A stretch of DNA of 64,000 bases from assembly GCF_009914755.1 (NCBI RefSeq), contig NC_060937.1. One strand, given 5' to 3'. The position numbers and the translations under genes are program-made. The stretch is from the human T2T-CHM13v2.0 reference genome, Homo sapiens. Under the pieces are notes generated by a model. That model made no database searches. It saw only the letters and a program-made list of their open reading frames with translations, and was not told the DNA's origin. Of the stretch, positions 30,393 through 52,124 are shown one piece after another (position 1 is the stretch's first letter; every line of letters starts with the position of its first letter).

Positions 30393-30895
30393 ATTGTAAG
30401 ATGGCCTGACAAACCTCAAGACCACCTCCCCCCTTTCTTTTGGTCTGCCTTCACTACTGGGGCTGAGAAAATAAAACACCATTCATTTCCCCAGCTTCCT
30501 TTGCAATTAGAAGTGGCCAGGTGAGACATATCTGACCAGGGAGACATCAGCAGAATACGCTAGTGCAGTTTCTGGGAAAGCTTTTGCTTTCTCGGTAAAA
30601 GGGGACAGATAGGCTTCCCTGTCTTGTTTTTCCTTTCTTGAACACAGATGTGATATCTGGAGTTATGAGAGTCAACTTGTGACTATGAAGTGATAGGCAC
30701 CATAAGCCGGCATGCTACAGGTAGTAAAATGGTAACTGGAAAGAGACTTGATGGTATCATTGAGTAGCTGATAGTGTCAAAAACCTCCTCTCTCTAGACT
30801 TCTGGCTATATGAAAAAAATAAACCTGTGTTTGTTGAAACCACTGTTGATCAAATATTCTGTTAATTGTAGCCCTAAGTATTTCTAATGGATTGA
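30393..30895 (+). mobile_element. MaLR LTR (MLT1-like)
   Basis: cccagcttcctttgcaattag...aataaacctgtgtttgtt..accactg...ttctgtta MLT1-like 3' end. Confidence 0.6.
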
Positions 30896-31091
30896 CTATA
30901 TCAGTATAAAGCTTTACAGTTTGCAAGGGAAATATCTTGGTTTATTCTTTTTAAAAATCCTATGGGATAGAAAAAGCAAATGCTTTTATATATGAGGGCA
31001 TCAAGCCTCAGAAAGGCCAAGTGACTTGGCCAAGATCACAGAATGGGTGGCATAGGTAGGTGCCCAGTGCGAACTCCCTGGCTCTAGTTTA

Positions 31092-31905
<814 letters not shown>

Positions 31906-32439
31906 CAGCTCTCCCCGTTCCCCTCTGACCTGTGTCCAGCTGTCATTCCCCGTGTCTCTGATAATACAGCTGTGTGACACTGATGACCTGCTGGCTTCAA
32001 GATCCAAGGGCATGGGCCGCTGGACCCTGGAGTGTGGTGCTTTTATTAGAATTAGGTGGTAGGAAGCCTGGCATCATCAGAGTTTCTTGATTGTATTGTA
32101 AAATATAACTGTACTTATGAGAGATGGGGGAATCCATTTTTCATATCTATGATATTCCATTTTATGGATATAATCAACATTTACCTTTTCTAATCTGGGG
32201 GCATTGAGGTGTTTTCCACTTTTCTTGTGTACATAATATGTGTAATTCTTGTATGGATGTTGTGGTGATTGAATACTTAAAATGTGGTCACGCTATTGGG
32301 CTGGGAGGGAACAAGCCACATCTTGGATATGTAGGGAAGAAGCTCTTTCCCCAAGTGAGAAATTACTCATCCTATCAGTTGTCTTAGCATTGCCAATAAT
32401 GCTGTGTTCCGATCTCCAGTGCCCACCCCATGGCCCTGC

Positions 32440-32650
32440 ACTGGCATTTTCCATAGCACCTTGTATCATATTATACAATTTTCTTATTTTAATTTAGTGT
32501 TTATTTACTGTCTCCCCTTGCTGCAATGCAAAACTCCCTGAGGGCACGGGTTCTTGTCTGTTCTATTCACGGATGCACCTCAAATACCTACAACAAGTTT
32601 ATGGCACGTACTAGGCCCTCATGAACGTCTGTCAAATGAGTGAATGAACT
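32440..32650 (+). mobile_element. L2 3' end
   Basis: ctccctgagggca...tgttc...ggcacgtactaggccctc...aatgagtgaatgaa. Confidence 0.6.
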
Positions 32651-34174
32651 CTCTGGGTAAGAGGCTTGTCCTCAATGAGATTAGGGAGAGCTCTAACTGG
32701 TAGCACACTGCAGACTCTTGTCCTCAGCTGGAAAAGATGGGAGTTCCTGGGCGACAGAAAGTAAGAAGGCCCACCCAGGTGGTGGCAGGTGTGGAACAGA
32801 AAGCCAGAACTTGGCAAGCCATCATAGAACTGTGAGTTGTGACCACCCATAGGAGCAAGAGCAGGAATGGCAACAGCACAGCCCATTTGGCAGCCCCTCT
32901 CCTGCCCCCTTCAGCCAGCCAGCCCCTGCTGACTGAGTTTGGAATTCTTTCTTACTGAGCCTGCATGTGGTCTCCAGCTGTTTCTCAGCCCACTGTGCTG
33001 GGCAGCTACTGCCAGTGGCTTGTCGCTGAATCCTATTTGCCTCACCCAGGCTGGAGAGGAGCCATCTTCTCCAGCTTTGGGACAGAATGAGACTTGTGAA
33101 CCATAAGAATAAGTTAGTCGTGGCAGATCAGAAACCTGTACTTCCTAAGCCTGGTGGGTATTTTTAAAAATTGTAAAATATACATAACGAAATTTACCAT
33201 GTTAACCATTTTTAAGTGTACAGTTCAGTGGCATGAAGTACATTCACATTGCTGTGCAATCATCACCACCATCTAGAACATGTTTCATCTTGCAAAAAAT
33301 GAAACTGTATACCTATTAAACACTAACTGCCCAGTTTTTTCCCTGTGTGCCCACCAAGCCTAGTGGTTTTAAAGGCCTATATTTTCTTTATTTCCATGCT
33401 GCTGTCTGTAGTCTTCCATAAAATCTTTCAGAAAACAGCCTATCTCAGCTATGCTAGGAGAAAGGCCTTTTTTTTCCCCACATTTGAACCAGAGCTACAA
33501 AATAGGCCTTTGGGAGGCCAGTGTGGTGACTGCAGTAGAAATAGTGAGACAACTCAGGGGACAGGAGAAACTCAGGAGGGAGAGTGAGGCCCACCAGGCT
33601 CACCTGCCCTTCATTACCCAGAAATAGCTCAAAGATATGCTCCAGCCTACTGTGAACCCCAGGGAGTCTGCACTTACTTTCACTGGACTTGGAAGCTAAT
33701 ATTCAAGCTCTGAACTTGAGAGGAATCTCAGCCAATACCCATAGCAGCTTTTGGCTGTCCCATAATTCTAGGTTTGAACACAATAAAGACTCGGCGGTAT
33801 GACAGTTTCTTAGTCCCTTGATTCTATGCCTTAGAAATAAAAAAAATGTAAAATTGGAAGGTGCAAACAACTGAGATAAAGGGGCAGAGTGGAAAGAAGT
33901 GGGAGTGTCATAAACCAAAGCTGCAGGTAATGCCATGGCATTGTCTTCCTGATCTGCCTCCTGTTAACCCTACTGCTCCTTCCCTTCCCTTCAATAGTCA
34001 CGGGCTGTCATTTTCCTGCTCTTTCATCTCTCATGCTAATTACTGAGACACTGCGACATGCATCCTGATTTATCCTCCTTGTTAACATGCTCAGGCCTGT
34101 GGAGGGGGTTGGAGGAACCTCACATGCATGAACAGGGAAAGTTGTAAACAGCTTAAGATAATTTAAAATGTTAC

Positions 34175-34328
34175 CTTTTGGATAGGTTGGTTTAAGCCAG
34201 AAAATAGGAAGGTCACCGCAGAGTTCTAACACCTTAGAACTCAAGAAGCTGTTGTCCTTCACAGGCTGATCTATAGCCACCCAGATAAGAGAATTTTCTT
34301 CATATTTGACTGGCATGATCTTGCCTTC
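34175..34328 (-). CDS. CNMD: CNMD exon 5 (BRICHOS): EGKIMPVKYEENSLIWVAIDQPVKDNSFLSSKVLELCGDLPIFWLKPTYPK
   Basis: tttCAG acceptor 34331-34329, donor GTAACA at 34174. 154 nt, ends in phase 1, contains BRICHOS Cys193. Confidence 0.97.
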
Positions 34329-35354
34329 CTGAAAGTAAAAACGATTGCATTTGAGCAAAGAGGACAGTGAAACAAATTGTATTAAGAGTCATGTGTTGCT
34401 AAAAGGTTATTTTGCCTTATAAAAAATTAATGAGAATTCCGAGCATGCGTGTGTACATGTGTGCACTTTAAGGTTCTAATCTCTTCTCTTTGTAGCTCTT
34501 TTCACAATATTCAGCACGCCTCCTCCTGTTGCCCTGCCTCTGGATAGCTGTACCATGTGAATATAAGTGCCCTGAGTTGAAGTGAAAATTACTTGATACC
34601 AACTTTGAGATTTAGGTTAATCTGATGTTTTTGATCAAAGATGTTTTTGAGGAAAAGCAATTGAACGAACCCTGGAATCCTACAAAGGATAGAGGAACCC
34701 TTCATTTGAAGTGAAAATCTTGTGGGGTTTTGTTCTGCAGCTTCTGAACAACAATGGAAAAAGCAAGTGATTGGTTCTTTAATGTCTTCAGTTCAAAGTA
34801 TTATTTAACATAAACCATTTCTCCACTTCCCAGCTATAACAACACATATTTCAGATGTTCCTCACATCAAGCACACCACTGAGATTTCAAAGTTAAACCC
34901 TGGATTTTCTTCCACAGTGAGATGCTGAGAATGGTTTGATAACCCAGGAGACAAATTTATCCTGCCAGGTTGTTCCTTTCGTGTACTTATTAGTCTGCAA
35001 TAGCTTGGAGAAATTAAAATGTTTTCTCCTAATTTTTAGCTAAAAGCAGTACTTCATTTATGCTTTCTCCCTCAGGCTTATGGCTGCATTAAAACAACTT
35101 AAAGTTATTGGAGGAAGCTAACAGTCAGGTAATCCAGTTATTTACCTTAAATTAAATGGCTCCATCCAGGAAATGAATGCTCTTTGAGTACTGTAGCTTT
35201 TTAAAGTTATACAAAACTGATGAAAAATTTATGAAAGCAAGTGGTACATAAATCTACCCCATCTTAGTCTAAAGTGTGTGGGGAAGAGTGGGGTGATTGG
35301 GATAATGCATATAGATGCATCCTCCATGCTAAGAATGTTAAATAAATCTTGAGG

Positions 35355-35855
35355 CATGTACTTTTGGTTGCCTACCCAATCTCCTTCCTCCCCCACCTGC
35401 CTTGTAACATAGTCCTTCTTTTATTGGAAGCAGCAATGAGCCCAGCCCCAGGAGAGACACTTGCTTTCTCTAGTTCTCCTGCAGTCCAGGGTGCCCGGGT
35501 GACCCAGTGGTAGCCAGTGAGATCCAGGCCAAAGTATGCTGAGGGCTTGGGAGGCCTTCTGCTTTTCCTGATTAAAGGGAAGTCGTGGTTGGCATTGCTC
35601 AATGTCTTTCTTCCTGACATTTTTACTTGAATGCCAACTAAGGAAGTCAGGAAGAGGTTGAGCAGTGGCAACCATGATTGGAGCTGAAAGGCAAGATTTT
35701 AAAAAATCACAGAAATGCTGGCCACCGAGCCAATGCCTGCAGCCACCTGCCTCCACATTGCTTACTGTGGAGAAAAACAGATCCCGATTTGTGTAAGTTA
35801 CTCTAAGGGTAGTTTTCTGTTACTGACAGCCAAACATATTCCTAATTCACACAAA
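35355..35855 (+). mobile_element. MaLR LTR (MLT1-like)
   Basis: Ends ttttctgttactgacagccaaacatattcctaa, typical of an MLT1 3' end. Confidence 0.6.
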
Positions 35856-36459
35856 TGTATTGTCTGAATTTGTTTTTGTCCACTAGAGGATCCATCATGC
35901 ATGACATAAACAACTAAAACACAGGACAAATAATCTACCTCTATGGCCTAAGAATCAGATGCAGACAAAGATTTAAATATAAAAGCATTCACCATCACGG
36001 CGAATTTATTTACCATGGTAAATAATGGTATTTAAAAATAGTTATTTTTAATTATTATTTGAAATAATGAAAAATTGAAGATACCTGAAGTGTTTAAGAA
36101 TAAAAGACTTTTAAAATTATAATCATATGATAAAGCATATGTCCATTATAATCTACATTTTAGAAGAACTAAAGTTATGACAATAATAAGCATGTACAAC
36201 AGGATAATTTCCCTTATAGAAAGACTATCACACACACACACACACGGAGAAAATTCACCAAAACATTAGCATTAGCTTTTTGTGGATTATGCAATTGTAG
36301 GTAATTTTATTATCTATACTTTTTTTCCCTAAGATGTCCCAGTATTGAACCATTTGTACATCCCTGAAATAAACCTTACCTTGTCATGACATGTTACTTA
36401 TTCAACATATGGCTATATTCCTTTTACTAATATTTTAGTCAAGATTCTTACACCTATTT

Positions 36460-36810
36460 TCTTTTTTTATTTTTAATTTTTGTGGATCTATAGTAGGTAT
36501 ATACTTATGGGTTACCTAAGATATTTTGATACCAGCATGCAATGCATAATTACCACATCAGGGTAATTACTGCAAGCATTTATTCTTTGTTTCAAACAAT
36601 CCAGTTATACTGTTAGTTTTTTTAAAAATGTATAATTGTTTTTTACTACAGTCTCCCTGCTGTGCTAGCAAATACTAGGTCTTATTTAGTTTTTCTATTT
36701 TTTATTCTTTATAACTATTTTTTGTACCCATTACCATCCTCCCTTCCCCCAAACCGTTCCAGCCTCTGGTAATCATCCTTCTATTCTCTATCTCCATGAG
36801 TTCAACTGTT
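36460..36810 (-). mobile_element. L1MA-like 3' end fragment abutting the L1PA tail
   Basis: gatattttgatac...ccagcctctggtaatcatccttcta...ctccatgagttcaa. Confidence 0.65.
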
Positions 36811-43203
<6,393 letters not shown>

Positions 43204-44554
43204 CTATATATACTTTTATGTATCTCTCAAATTTCCTACAGTAACACAGTATTGTTTTTAAAAATCAGGGAAAAATGTATTTAAAAACTCAGAAAATATA
43301 CTGCAAACTTATGATTAAATCTGGGTCAGCCATTGTTGGGGAATTGGTCCTTGTAGAAGGCAGGAGAGGAGAACAAGTTCTGGGTCCATTTGTAGGGAAA
43401 ATGGCAAGGATTATAGTTCACTGAAGTCTTCATGACAGAAACTGAGGGATATGACTATAAAAAATGGTAATGCAATAAGAGAAGTTCAAGGGTCAGAACA
43501 AAGGAGGTCTTGGTCCCATTTTTATACTTGGTATAACATACTTGCACCGAGAAGACGACCTTTGATTCTGAACAGCACAGCTCATAAGGAACCAGCTGGA
43601 ACACCATCAGGAGAGAATGACCAGAGCAAGGAAGGTCTGGAATACATCTCACAGGATGGATGGGAAACAGAGTAGAAAAGAGAAAACAGGAAATGGTAGT
43701 CAGCTTTACAAACTCACGGGTTTGTTTTTTAGCTTTTGTGTTGTTCTGTTTTGAGACACCGCCTGCAGCTGCTCCTATGGGGGCAAACAATCAGGCAGTT
43801 TCCAGGCGCCTTTGCTAACCCATATAGTTTTCCTCTTTTGCCTTGAGGGAGCTGATACTTGCTTTCCCTCCCTCTCAGGAATACTGGGAGGATCAAAGAT
43901 GATCATAATAAAATTAACAACAATGAGCAGCAGCCATCTGTCAACCATCAAGTAGATTTGAGGGCCATGGGCACTGTATGCATACCCCCAGCTTGCAGAT
44001 GACAATATCCATAGGGAGTATGAGAGCTGAGATGTAAATCCACGTTTTTCTGACTTCAAAGCCCATTTTCTCTCCACTCTATCCTGCCACAACTCAAATA
44101 AAAGACAGTAATCAATGGGACCATTTTGTAAGCCCTAAACTACCATTAAAAGTAAGGTATTACTGTTAAATGTGTCTTTAGAATTCTGTATGCAATTCCT
44201 AAAGTAAATTTTAAAAAAATCAAGCTCAAAGGCAAGTTATTAATAATAAATGAAAGAAACATGTTTTAAAAACTCACAGGTTTGACACATAGAAAAGGAA
44301 TTAGATATATGTTGTGTAGCTTCAATGGGCTGAACCTGAACCAATGGGAAGAAGTTGTAGGAGGAGCTATCTCAGCTTAATGTAGGGCAAAACAATTAGA
44401 ACCACCCTCAGTGATGCTGGCTGGTGTTGGGGTGGGGGATGAGTGCCCTGTGGCTGCTTTCCAGCAGAGGCTGTGTGATCCGCTATTGTGGGTCCCTTTA
44501 ATGAAGACCCTGTCTTGTGGAGTCCTTTGTCTTTATTGTGGAGTCTCTTTCGGG

Positions 44555-44851
44555 TTTTTTTATTTTTTGAGATAGAGTCTCATTCTGTTGCCCAGCCTGG
44601 AGTGCACTGGTGCAATCTCAGCTCCCTGCAGCCTCAATCTCCTGGGCTCAAGTGATCCTCCCACCTCTGCCTCCTGAGTAGCTGGGACTATAGGTACGCA
44701 CTACCATGGCCAGCTAATTTTTTGTATTTTTAGTAGAGACAGGGTTTTGCCGTGTTGTCCAGGCTTGTCTGGAATTCCTGGGCTTAAATGAACTGCCCAC
44801 CTCGGCCTCCCAAAGTGCTGGGATTACCAGCATGAGCCACCATGCCTGCCT
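44555..44851 (-). mobile_element. Alu (AluJ-like)
   Basis: Reverse Alu with tattgtggagtct TSD. Confidence 0.9.
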
Positions 44852-45106
44852 CTATTGTGGAGTCTTAACCACAGATCAGATAGTTCCCTAACCTCAGGCA
44901 AATAAGGCCATATGAGCACCCAGCCCCTTTATGCACTTTAAAATGTGGCTTCCCAAAACGTTTAAATATACTATATCATGTGAGAAGAATCCCTTGACCC
45001 CAGTAGGACAAAAACAGTTTGAATTCCTTTGGCAGAGAAGAAATCGAATTTACCATCTAGTCATGAACCTATCCAGATACTAGAAACCAAAAGTGTTGTG
45101 CCTTTA

Positions 45107-45390
45107 GGCTGGGCGCGGTGGCTCACTCCTATAATCCTGGCACTTTAGGAGGCCGAGGCAGGCAGGTCACTTGAGGCCAGGAGTTCAAGAAGAGCCTGGC
45201 CAACATGGTGAAACCCTGTATCTATTAAAAATACAACAAGTTAGTTGGATGTGGTGGTGTCCCTGTAGTCCCAGCTGCTCAGGAAGCTGAGACAGGAGAA
45301 TCGGATGCAGTGAGCCAAAAGCGCCACTGCACTCCAGAGTGAGACTCTGTCTCAATAAAAATAAAAATAAAAACAAAAAATAAAAACCAA
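45107..45390 (+). mobile_element. Alu with small internal deletions
   Basis: Forward Alu with gttgtgcctt TSD. Confidence 0.88.
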
Positions 45391-45455
45391 AAGGGTTGTG
45401 CCTTCAAACAATGTTTGCCAAGCAGTCTCACTGTCTCAGGCATGTTGGTACCCAC

Positions 45456-45569
45456 CAGTTTGGAGGAGATGCTCTGTTTGGTCACGGCGCCCACCTCAGG
45501 AATACGAGCCTTCACTTGCGCTTTAATGTAGCACTTCTCTCCTCCAGCAAAACGAATTCCTGTGATGCC
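45456..45569 (-). CDS. CNMD: CNMD exon 4 (BRICHOS): GITGIRFAGGEKCYIKAQVKARIPEVGAVTKQSISSKL
   Basis: tttcaTAG acceptor 45572-45570, donor GTGGGT at 45455. 114 nt, with the CYI motif containing Cys131. Confidence 0.96.
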
Positions 45570-45750
45570 CTATGAAACAAAAGTGTATCCATCTATCTAT
45601 CCATTTGTTCATTTATTCGATTTATTGAGTGTCTACTGTGTTCCAGATGCTGTTCCGGGTGCTAGGGATAGGGATGAACAAAAGAGATGGAACTGCCCTC
45701 ATGGAACTTACCTTTTAGCATTGTTTACCAATAATAAAAAACAGCCGGGC

Positions 45751-46394
<644 letters not shown>

Positions 46395-47899
46395 TCAGGT
46401 AATAACTGTTAAGAAGAAAAATAAGACAGGAATGATGAGGTGGTAATTTAGACAGACAGCATAGTCAGGGGAGGTGACTCAATGAGGGGATGATATTTGA
46501 GCTGGGACAGAATATGTTAGTTATTCCATCTATATTCACAAGCTCAGATGAAATGCCACCTTCTCCATGCAGCCTTCTCTGAACATCTCAGCCTAAGCAG
46601 CTGTCTTTCCTCTGCTTTCCCATAAGTCCTCCTGTCTTCATTCCTCAACTGGGATGCTTACTCAGCTATACACAGCCTACTTAGTTATAAGCTTCTTGAG
46701 ATCAGTATTTGAATCTTTTCTGTTTTCTTTTTTGGTGACCCCACAAAGCTATTCAAAAGATGTTGGTCAAATTAATTAATTCTGTGAATTCAGAATTTTC
46801 CTAGGTTACTGAGCCCAGAGTAAACAGTAAAACTTTCTACAGCACCTGGTTCTGAACTTTCCTTCTATACCTTACCCAAGGACTTAGATGTTTTTTTTTT
46901 GTCTCCTGAGAGATATAAACAATATCTTCTCTTGGTCTGCCTAGGGACTGCCTCAAGGGAAACATCAGCCACAAAGCTCCAGTCTTGGCTGAAAGCACAG
47001 CCCCGATTCTACCCACAGAGGACATGAGGGGTAACAGGATGCTCTGTCCCAAGAATGTTTACTCTCCTCCTGCTGCTGTTAGTTTCAGGACTAGTGAATC
47101 TAAAATAAAGGCCTACAATTTTTATGGTATAATAATGGAGATACTAGCACAAATCTGAACCTTATCAGTCCTCTGTTGAGTTGAGGCAAGTGTTGGAATG
47201 ATATAGAAATGGTACCAGGGCCAGTGATAAAGAATGGGGGTAGAAAACACTTAAAATCTAGGGATCCTGGCTCAAGATTCAGCCCTTTACAATGAAGAAG
47301 AAAATTAAATGTAAGTCATGCTGGAGGGGATTAATGGATAGCTCTACCTTATGTAGTCACAGAGCCAGGAGCCCTACAGAAGCTGGTGAGTAAAGGACTG
47401 CAAAACACAGAAGAAAAGGCTCATTCTTCCTCAAGCTCTTTATTATTTGTCTTGTGGCTTAATTAATCATGTATACATATGTAACTCATTTCACCTATTT
47501 CTCCCAGCACTACTGCTCACTCAGAGAGACAGGGGCATTATCCCCACTTTACAGAAGAGGAGCTCCGAGGCTCACTGCTGAGGCTTGGCTCTTAACTGCA
47601 CCTGAATTCACTGTAGAGGGTTTAAGAACACAGACGCCTGGGTCCCTTCCCAGAGATTCCCATTTGATTGGTTTGCTTTGGGGCCCAGGTATTGGGAGCC
47701 TTAAAAGCTCCCCAGGTGTTTATAATTTAAAGGGTTGATGCCAGGGTTGAAGACTACCATATGAAAGAGAAAGGTGTTCAAGGTAACAAAGCTTTTAAAG
47801 TGATGGCAATAACCTTTGGACCCAAGTTTCTTTTTATCAGTGGTTCACAAACCTTCCCTTGTATCAAAAATCCCCTGGGTCCCCAGCAAAACTTCAGAA

Positions 47900-49550
47900 C
47901 AGTCTTCATTAACAACCACACCTTAAGCTACCAAGAAAAATCACAGACACCACCGACGCTGTTTACAGCTAAAAAAAAAAAAAACATACAGAGACTATAC
48001 TACTGCATGCACCCAGAATGAAAGCTGAAGTGCCCTACCTAACCAACACCAAAAGTCCACACCTATGAAAGCAAATTTAAAAAACTGTAATAAGCAACTA
48101 TTAAATCAGATGCACAGATATCAACACAAGGACACAGGAAGCATGAAAAAGCAATAAAACATGACACTCCCAGAGGAATACAATAATTCTCCAGCAACAG
48201 ATCACAATCAAAAACAAATTTATGAAATCCCAGAAAAAAAATTAAATATTGATATTAAAGAAGCTCCGTGAGATACAAGAGAATACTGAAAAACATGACA
48301 AAGAAATCAGAAAGACAATTTAGGATATGAATGAGAAATTTAATAAGGAGATGTATATTATGAAAAAGAACGAAATAGAAATTATAGAACTGAAGAATTC
48401 ATTGAATGAAATACAATATACACTTAAAAGATTCAACAATAGAAGCCAGGCACAGTGGCTTACACCTGTAATCCCAGCACTTTGGGAGGCCAAGGTGAGT
48501 GGATCGCCTGAGGTCAGGAGTTCGAGACCAGCCTGGCCAACTATAAACCCCATCTCTACTAAAAATACAAAAAAATAAAAAATAGCTGGCCATGGTGGTG
48601 CACGCCTGTTATCCCAGTTACTCGAGGCTGAGGCAGGAGAATCGCTTGAACTCAGGAGGTGGATGTTGCAGTGAGTTGAAATGGCACCACCGCACTTCAG
48701 CCTGGGTGACAGAGCCAGACTCCGTCTCAAATAAAAAAAAATGATTCAACAATAGACTATTTCAGGCATCTCAGAACTTGAAGAGAAGTCTTTTGAAATA
48801 ACCCAGTCAGACAAAAATAAATAAAAAAGAATAAAAAAGGGCCAAGCATAGTGTCTCATGCCTGTAATCCCAACACTTTGGGAGGCTGAGGCAGAAGGAC
48901 TGCTTGAGCCCAGGAGTTCGCAACCAGCCTGCACAACATGGTGAGACCCCATTTCTACAAAAAAATTTTAAAAATTAGCTAGGTGTGGTGGTGTGTGCCT
49001 GTAGTCCCAGCTACTTGGAAGGGAGAAGGATCACTGGTATATATATATATATCCACAATGGAATACTATTTGGCCATAGAAAAGAATGAAATCATGTCAT
49101 TTCCAGTAACATGGATGGAACCAGAGGTCATTATGTTAAATGAAATAAGCCAGGCACAGAAAGACAAATGTCATATGTTCTCTCTCCTATGTGGGAGCTA
49201 AAAAAGTTGATCTCATGGAAGCAGAAAGTAATGATAGATACCAGAGGCTGAGAAGGATATATGGGTGGAGCTGGGGGAATGAAGACAGGTTGGTTAGTGG
49301 GTGGTAAAAACATGCAGTTAGACAGAAGAAATAAGTTCTAATGTTCAGTAGCAGAGTGGGGTGACTATAGTTAGCAACAATGTATTGTATGTTTCAAAGC
49401 AGCTAGAAGAGAGGACTTGAAATGTTCCCAACACATAGAAATGAAAACCAAATACCCTAACATTATCATTACACATCCTATTCATGTAACAAAATATCAC
49501 ATATATCTCATAAATATATAAAATATTATGTAACAATTTTAAAAAGGCAA
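47900..49550 (+). mobile_element. Old L1 (L1MA-like): ORF1 region plus 3' end, interrupted by Alus at 48444-48741 and 48840-49036
   Basis: ORF1-like peptide [25 protein letters not shown] and 3' end peptide TMEYY.AI.KNEIMSF..TWME. Confidence 0.75.
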
Positions 49551-49566
49551 ATTAAAAAATCACCTG

Positions 49567-49848
49567 GGCCAGGGCGGTGGCTCACGCCTGTAATCCCAGC
49601 ACTTTGGGAGGCCGAGGCAGGAGGATCACGAGGTCAAGAGATGGAGACCATCCTGGCCAACATGGTGAAACCCCATCTCTACTAAAAATACAAAAATTAG
49701 TTGGGCGTGGTGGCGTGCACCTGTAGTCCCAGCTACTCGGGAGGCTGAGGCAGGAGAAACCCAGGAGGCAGAGGTTGCAGTGAGCCAAGATTGCACCACT
49801 GCACTGCAGCCTGGCGACAGAGCGAGACTCCATCTCAAAAAAAAAAAA
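49567..49848 (+). mobile_element. Alu (AluSc-like)
   Basis: ggatcacgaggtcaagagat..agaccatcctggccaacatgg. Confidence 0.88.
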
Positions 49849-49849
49849 A

Positions 49850-50000
49850 TTCACTTGGAGGACTTGTTAAATTAAACAGTGTTGTGCCCCACCCCCAGTT
49901 TCCCATTCAGTAGGTCTGGGGTGGGGCCTAAAATCTGCATTTCTAACAAGCCAAGTGATGCTCCACTGGCAGCCTGAGGAATACACGTGGAGAATAACTG
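49850..50000. mobile_element. MER5A-like DNA transposon
   Basis: ttcagtaggtctggggtggggcc..aaatctgcatttctaacaag. Confidence 0.65.
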
Positions 50001-51278
50001 CTTTCTCTTATGCTACCTCCTGTAGGGCTGCTGCTCTTATTTGGCATGTAAATTTAGGACTCATAGTTTGAAAAACAGAAGGCAGGGAGGGAGATGATGC
50101 CTTCTTATGTGACATTTTCTCTTAACTTCAAACACATCCCCTGAATGTGAGATGTGTGGAGGGAATGCACACATCTCCGTCACCATATCCCCAAAGGGGA
50201 AAGCTGATTCTACTGAATGATTCGCAGCACTGAATGGGAATCTAGTGTTAAGTTGGTTCTGACAGTCGACACACCGCAGTGAGAACTGAAACCCCCATGG
50301 GGTAGGAAGTGTGGGAAAGAATTCACACATATTAACTACCGTGTCTAGCAAAAACTCCACATCAAGCAGCCAGATATATTAAGAGATTAAACAGAGGGAA
50401 CTAAAAGAAGCACAAGAAAGCCAAGCAAACCTCCTGTTTTTGCAAACAAACAGGCTTTAGAAGCTGGTGGTAATGAAGAAATTTGCTAGCAAGGGTGATG
50501 AGTGGAGAGTCCAAGAATCTAACATTCTTTTTTCAAAACAGTGATGTAATCTTACCTTGGCTGCACATTTTTTTCTTTCTAAGGTATCTCATCTATTTCT
50601 ATGGCTTAAACCAGAGGTTCCCAAGGATGGTAGGAGTTCGTGTCCCCAAGAGGGCACTTTAGAAATCCTTGGAGAAGTTTCTTGTCACAAAGATTGGGGG
50701 CACTCCTGACCTTTATTGCACAGGGCCCAGGGATGTCAGGTCCTGCAGAGCCTGGGACAGTCCTGAAGAACTAATTGTCCCGGGTTGGAGGAAAAAAACC
50801 TGTTTGTAAATATCAGTGTCTAGAACCCAGTGTTGTTTTATATGTAAACACAAAGTAATTTTTGGCATAGTCTTAATGTACAACAAATTTCCTAGGAATG
50901 CAATTACTGTGAAATGGAGAGAAAACAGTACTTTTCTTCACTGTTTGAGAAAATTACATAGCATTTAAATTGCCAACACACACTTGTGTCTGTCTGCATT
51001 TTGGGCTGTGGCATTGACAGTCATTCAGCTACTACTATAAGTGTTTGACTTTATATCTTCTAGTGCATCTGGCTGAACATTTACATATGAAGTCCATATT
51101 TTTAATATAAATTAGTTTCATTTCATTTTTCCTTTACCTTATAGTTGGAGGCTGAATTGACAGGTTATGCTGTCTTTACTTTCTCTAGCTTTTTAAATAA
51201 AAATTTCAAATATTCACAAAATTAAAAGGATTATACAGTGAACCCCCATATGCCCATCAGTTTATTCTTTCAATTTCT

Positions 51279-52124
51279 TTTTTTTAAAATTTTATTATTA
51301 TTATACTTTAAGTTTTTGGGTACATGTGCACAATGTGCAGGTTTGTTACATATGTATACATGTGCCATGTTGGTGAGCTGCACCCATTAACTCGTCATTT
51401 AGCATTAGGTATATCTCCTCATGCTATCCCTCCCCCCACCCCACAGCAGTTCCTGGTGTGTGACGTTCCCCTTCCTGTATCCATGTGTTCTCATTGTTCA
51501 ATTCCCACCTATGAGTGAGAACATGCGGTGTTTGCTTTTTTGTCCTTGCGATAGTTTGCTGAGAATGATGGTTTCCAGCTTCATCCATGTCCCTGCAAAG
51601 GACATGAACTCATCATTTTTTATGGCTGCATAGTATTCCATGGTGTATATGTGCCACATTTTCTTAATCCAGTCTATCATTGTTGGACATTTGGGTTGGT
51701 TCCAAGTCTTTGCTATTGTGAATAGTGCTGCCATAAACATACGTGTGCATGTGTCTTTATAGCAGCATGATTTATAATCCTTTGGGTATATACCCAGTAA
51801 TGGGATGGCTGGGTCAAATGGTATTTCTAGTTCTAGATCCCTGAGTAATCGCCACACTGACTTCCACAATGGTTGAACTAGTTTACAGTCCCACCAACAG
51901 TGTAAAAGTGTTCCTATTTCTCCACATCCTCTCCAGCACCTGTTGTTTCCTGACTTTTTAATGACTGCCATTCTAACTGGTGTGAGATGGTATCTCATTG
52001 TGGTTTTGATTTGCATTTCTCTGATGGCCAGTGATGATGAGCATTTTTTCATGTGTTTTTTGGCTGCATAAATGTCTTCTTTTGGGAAGTGTCTGTTCAT
52101 ATCCTTCGCCCACTTTTTGATGGG
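51279..52124 (-). mobile_element. 5'-truncated L1PA (L1PA3-5-like), ~850 bp, with perfect 16 bp TSD
   Basis: Open ORF2 C-terminus ([16 protein letters not shown]...). TSD tattctttcaatttct at 51263-51278 and 52126-52141. Confidence 0.95.
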
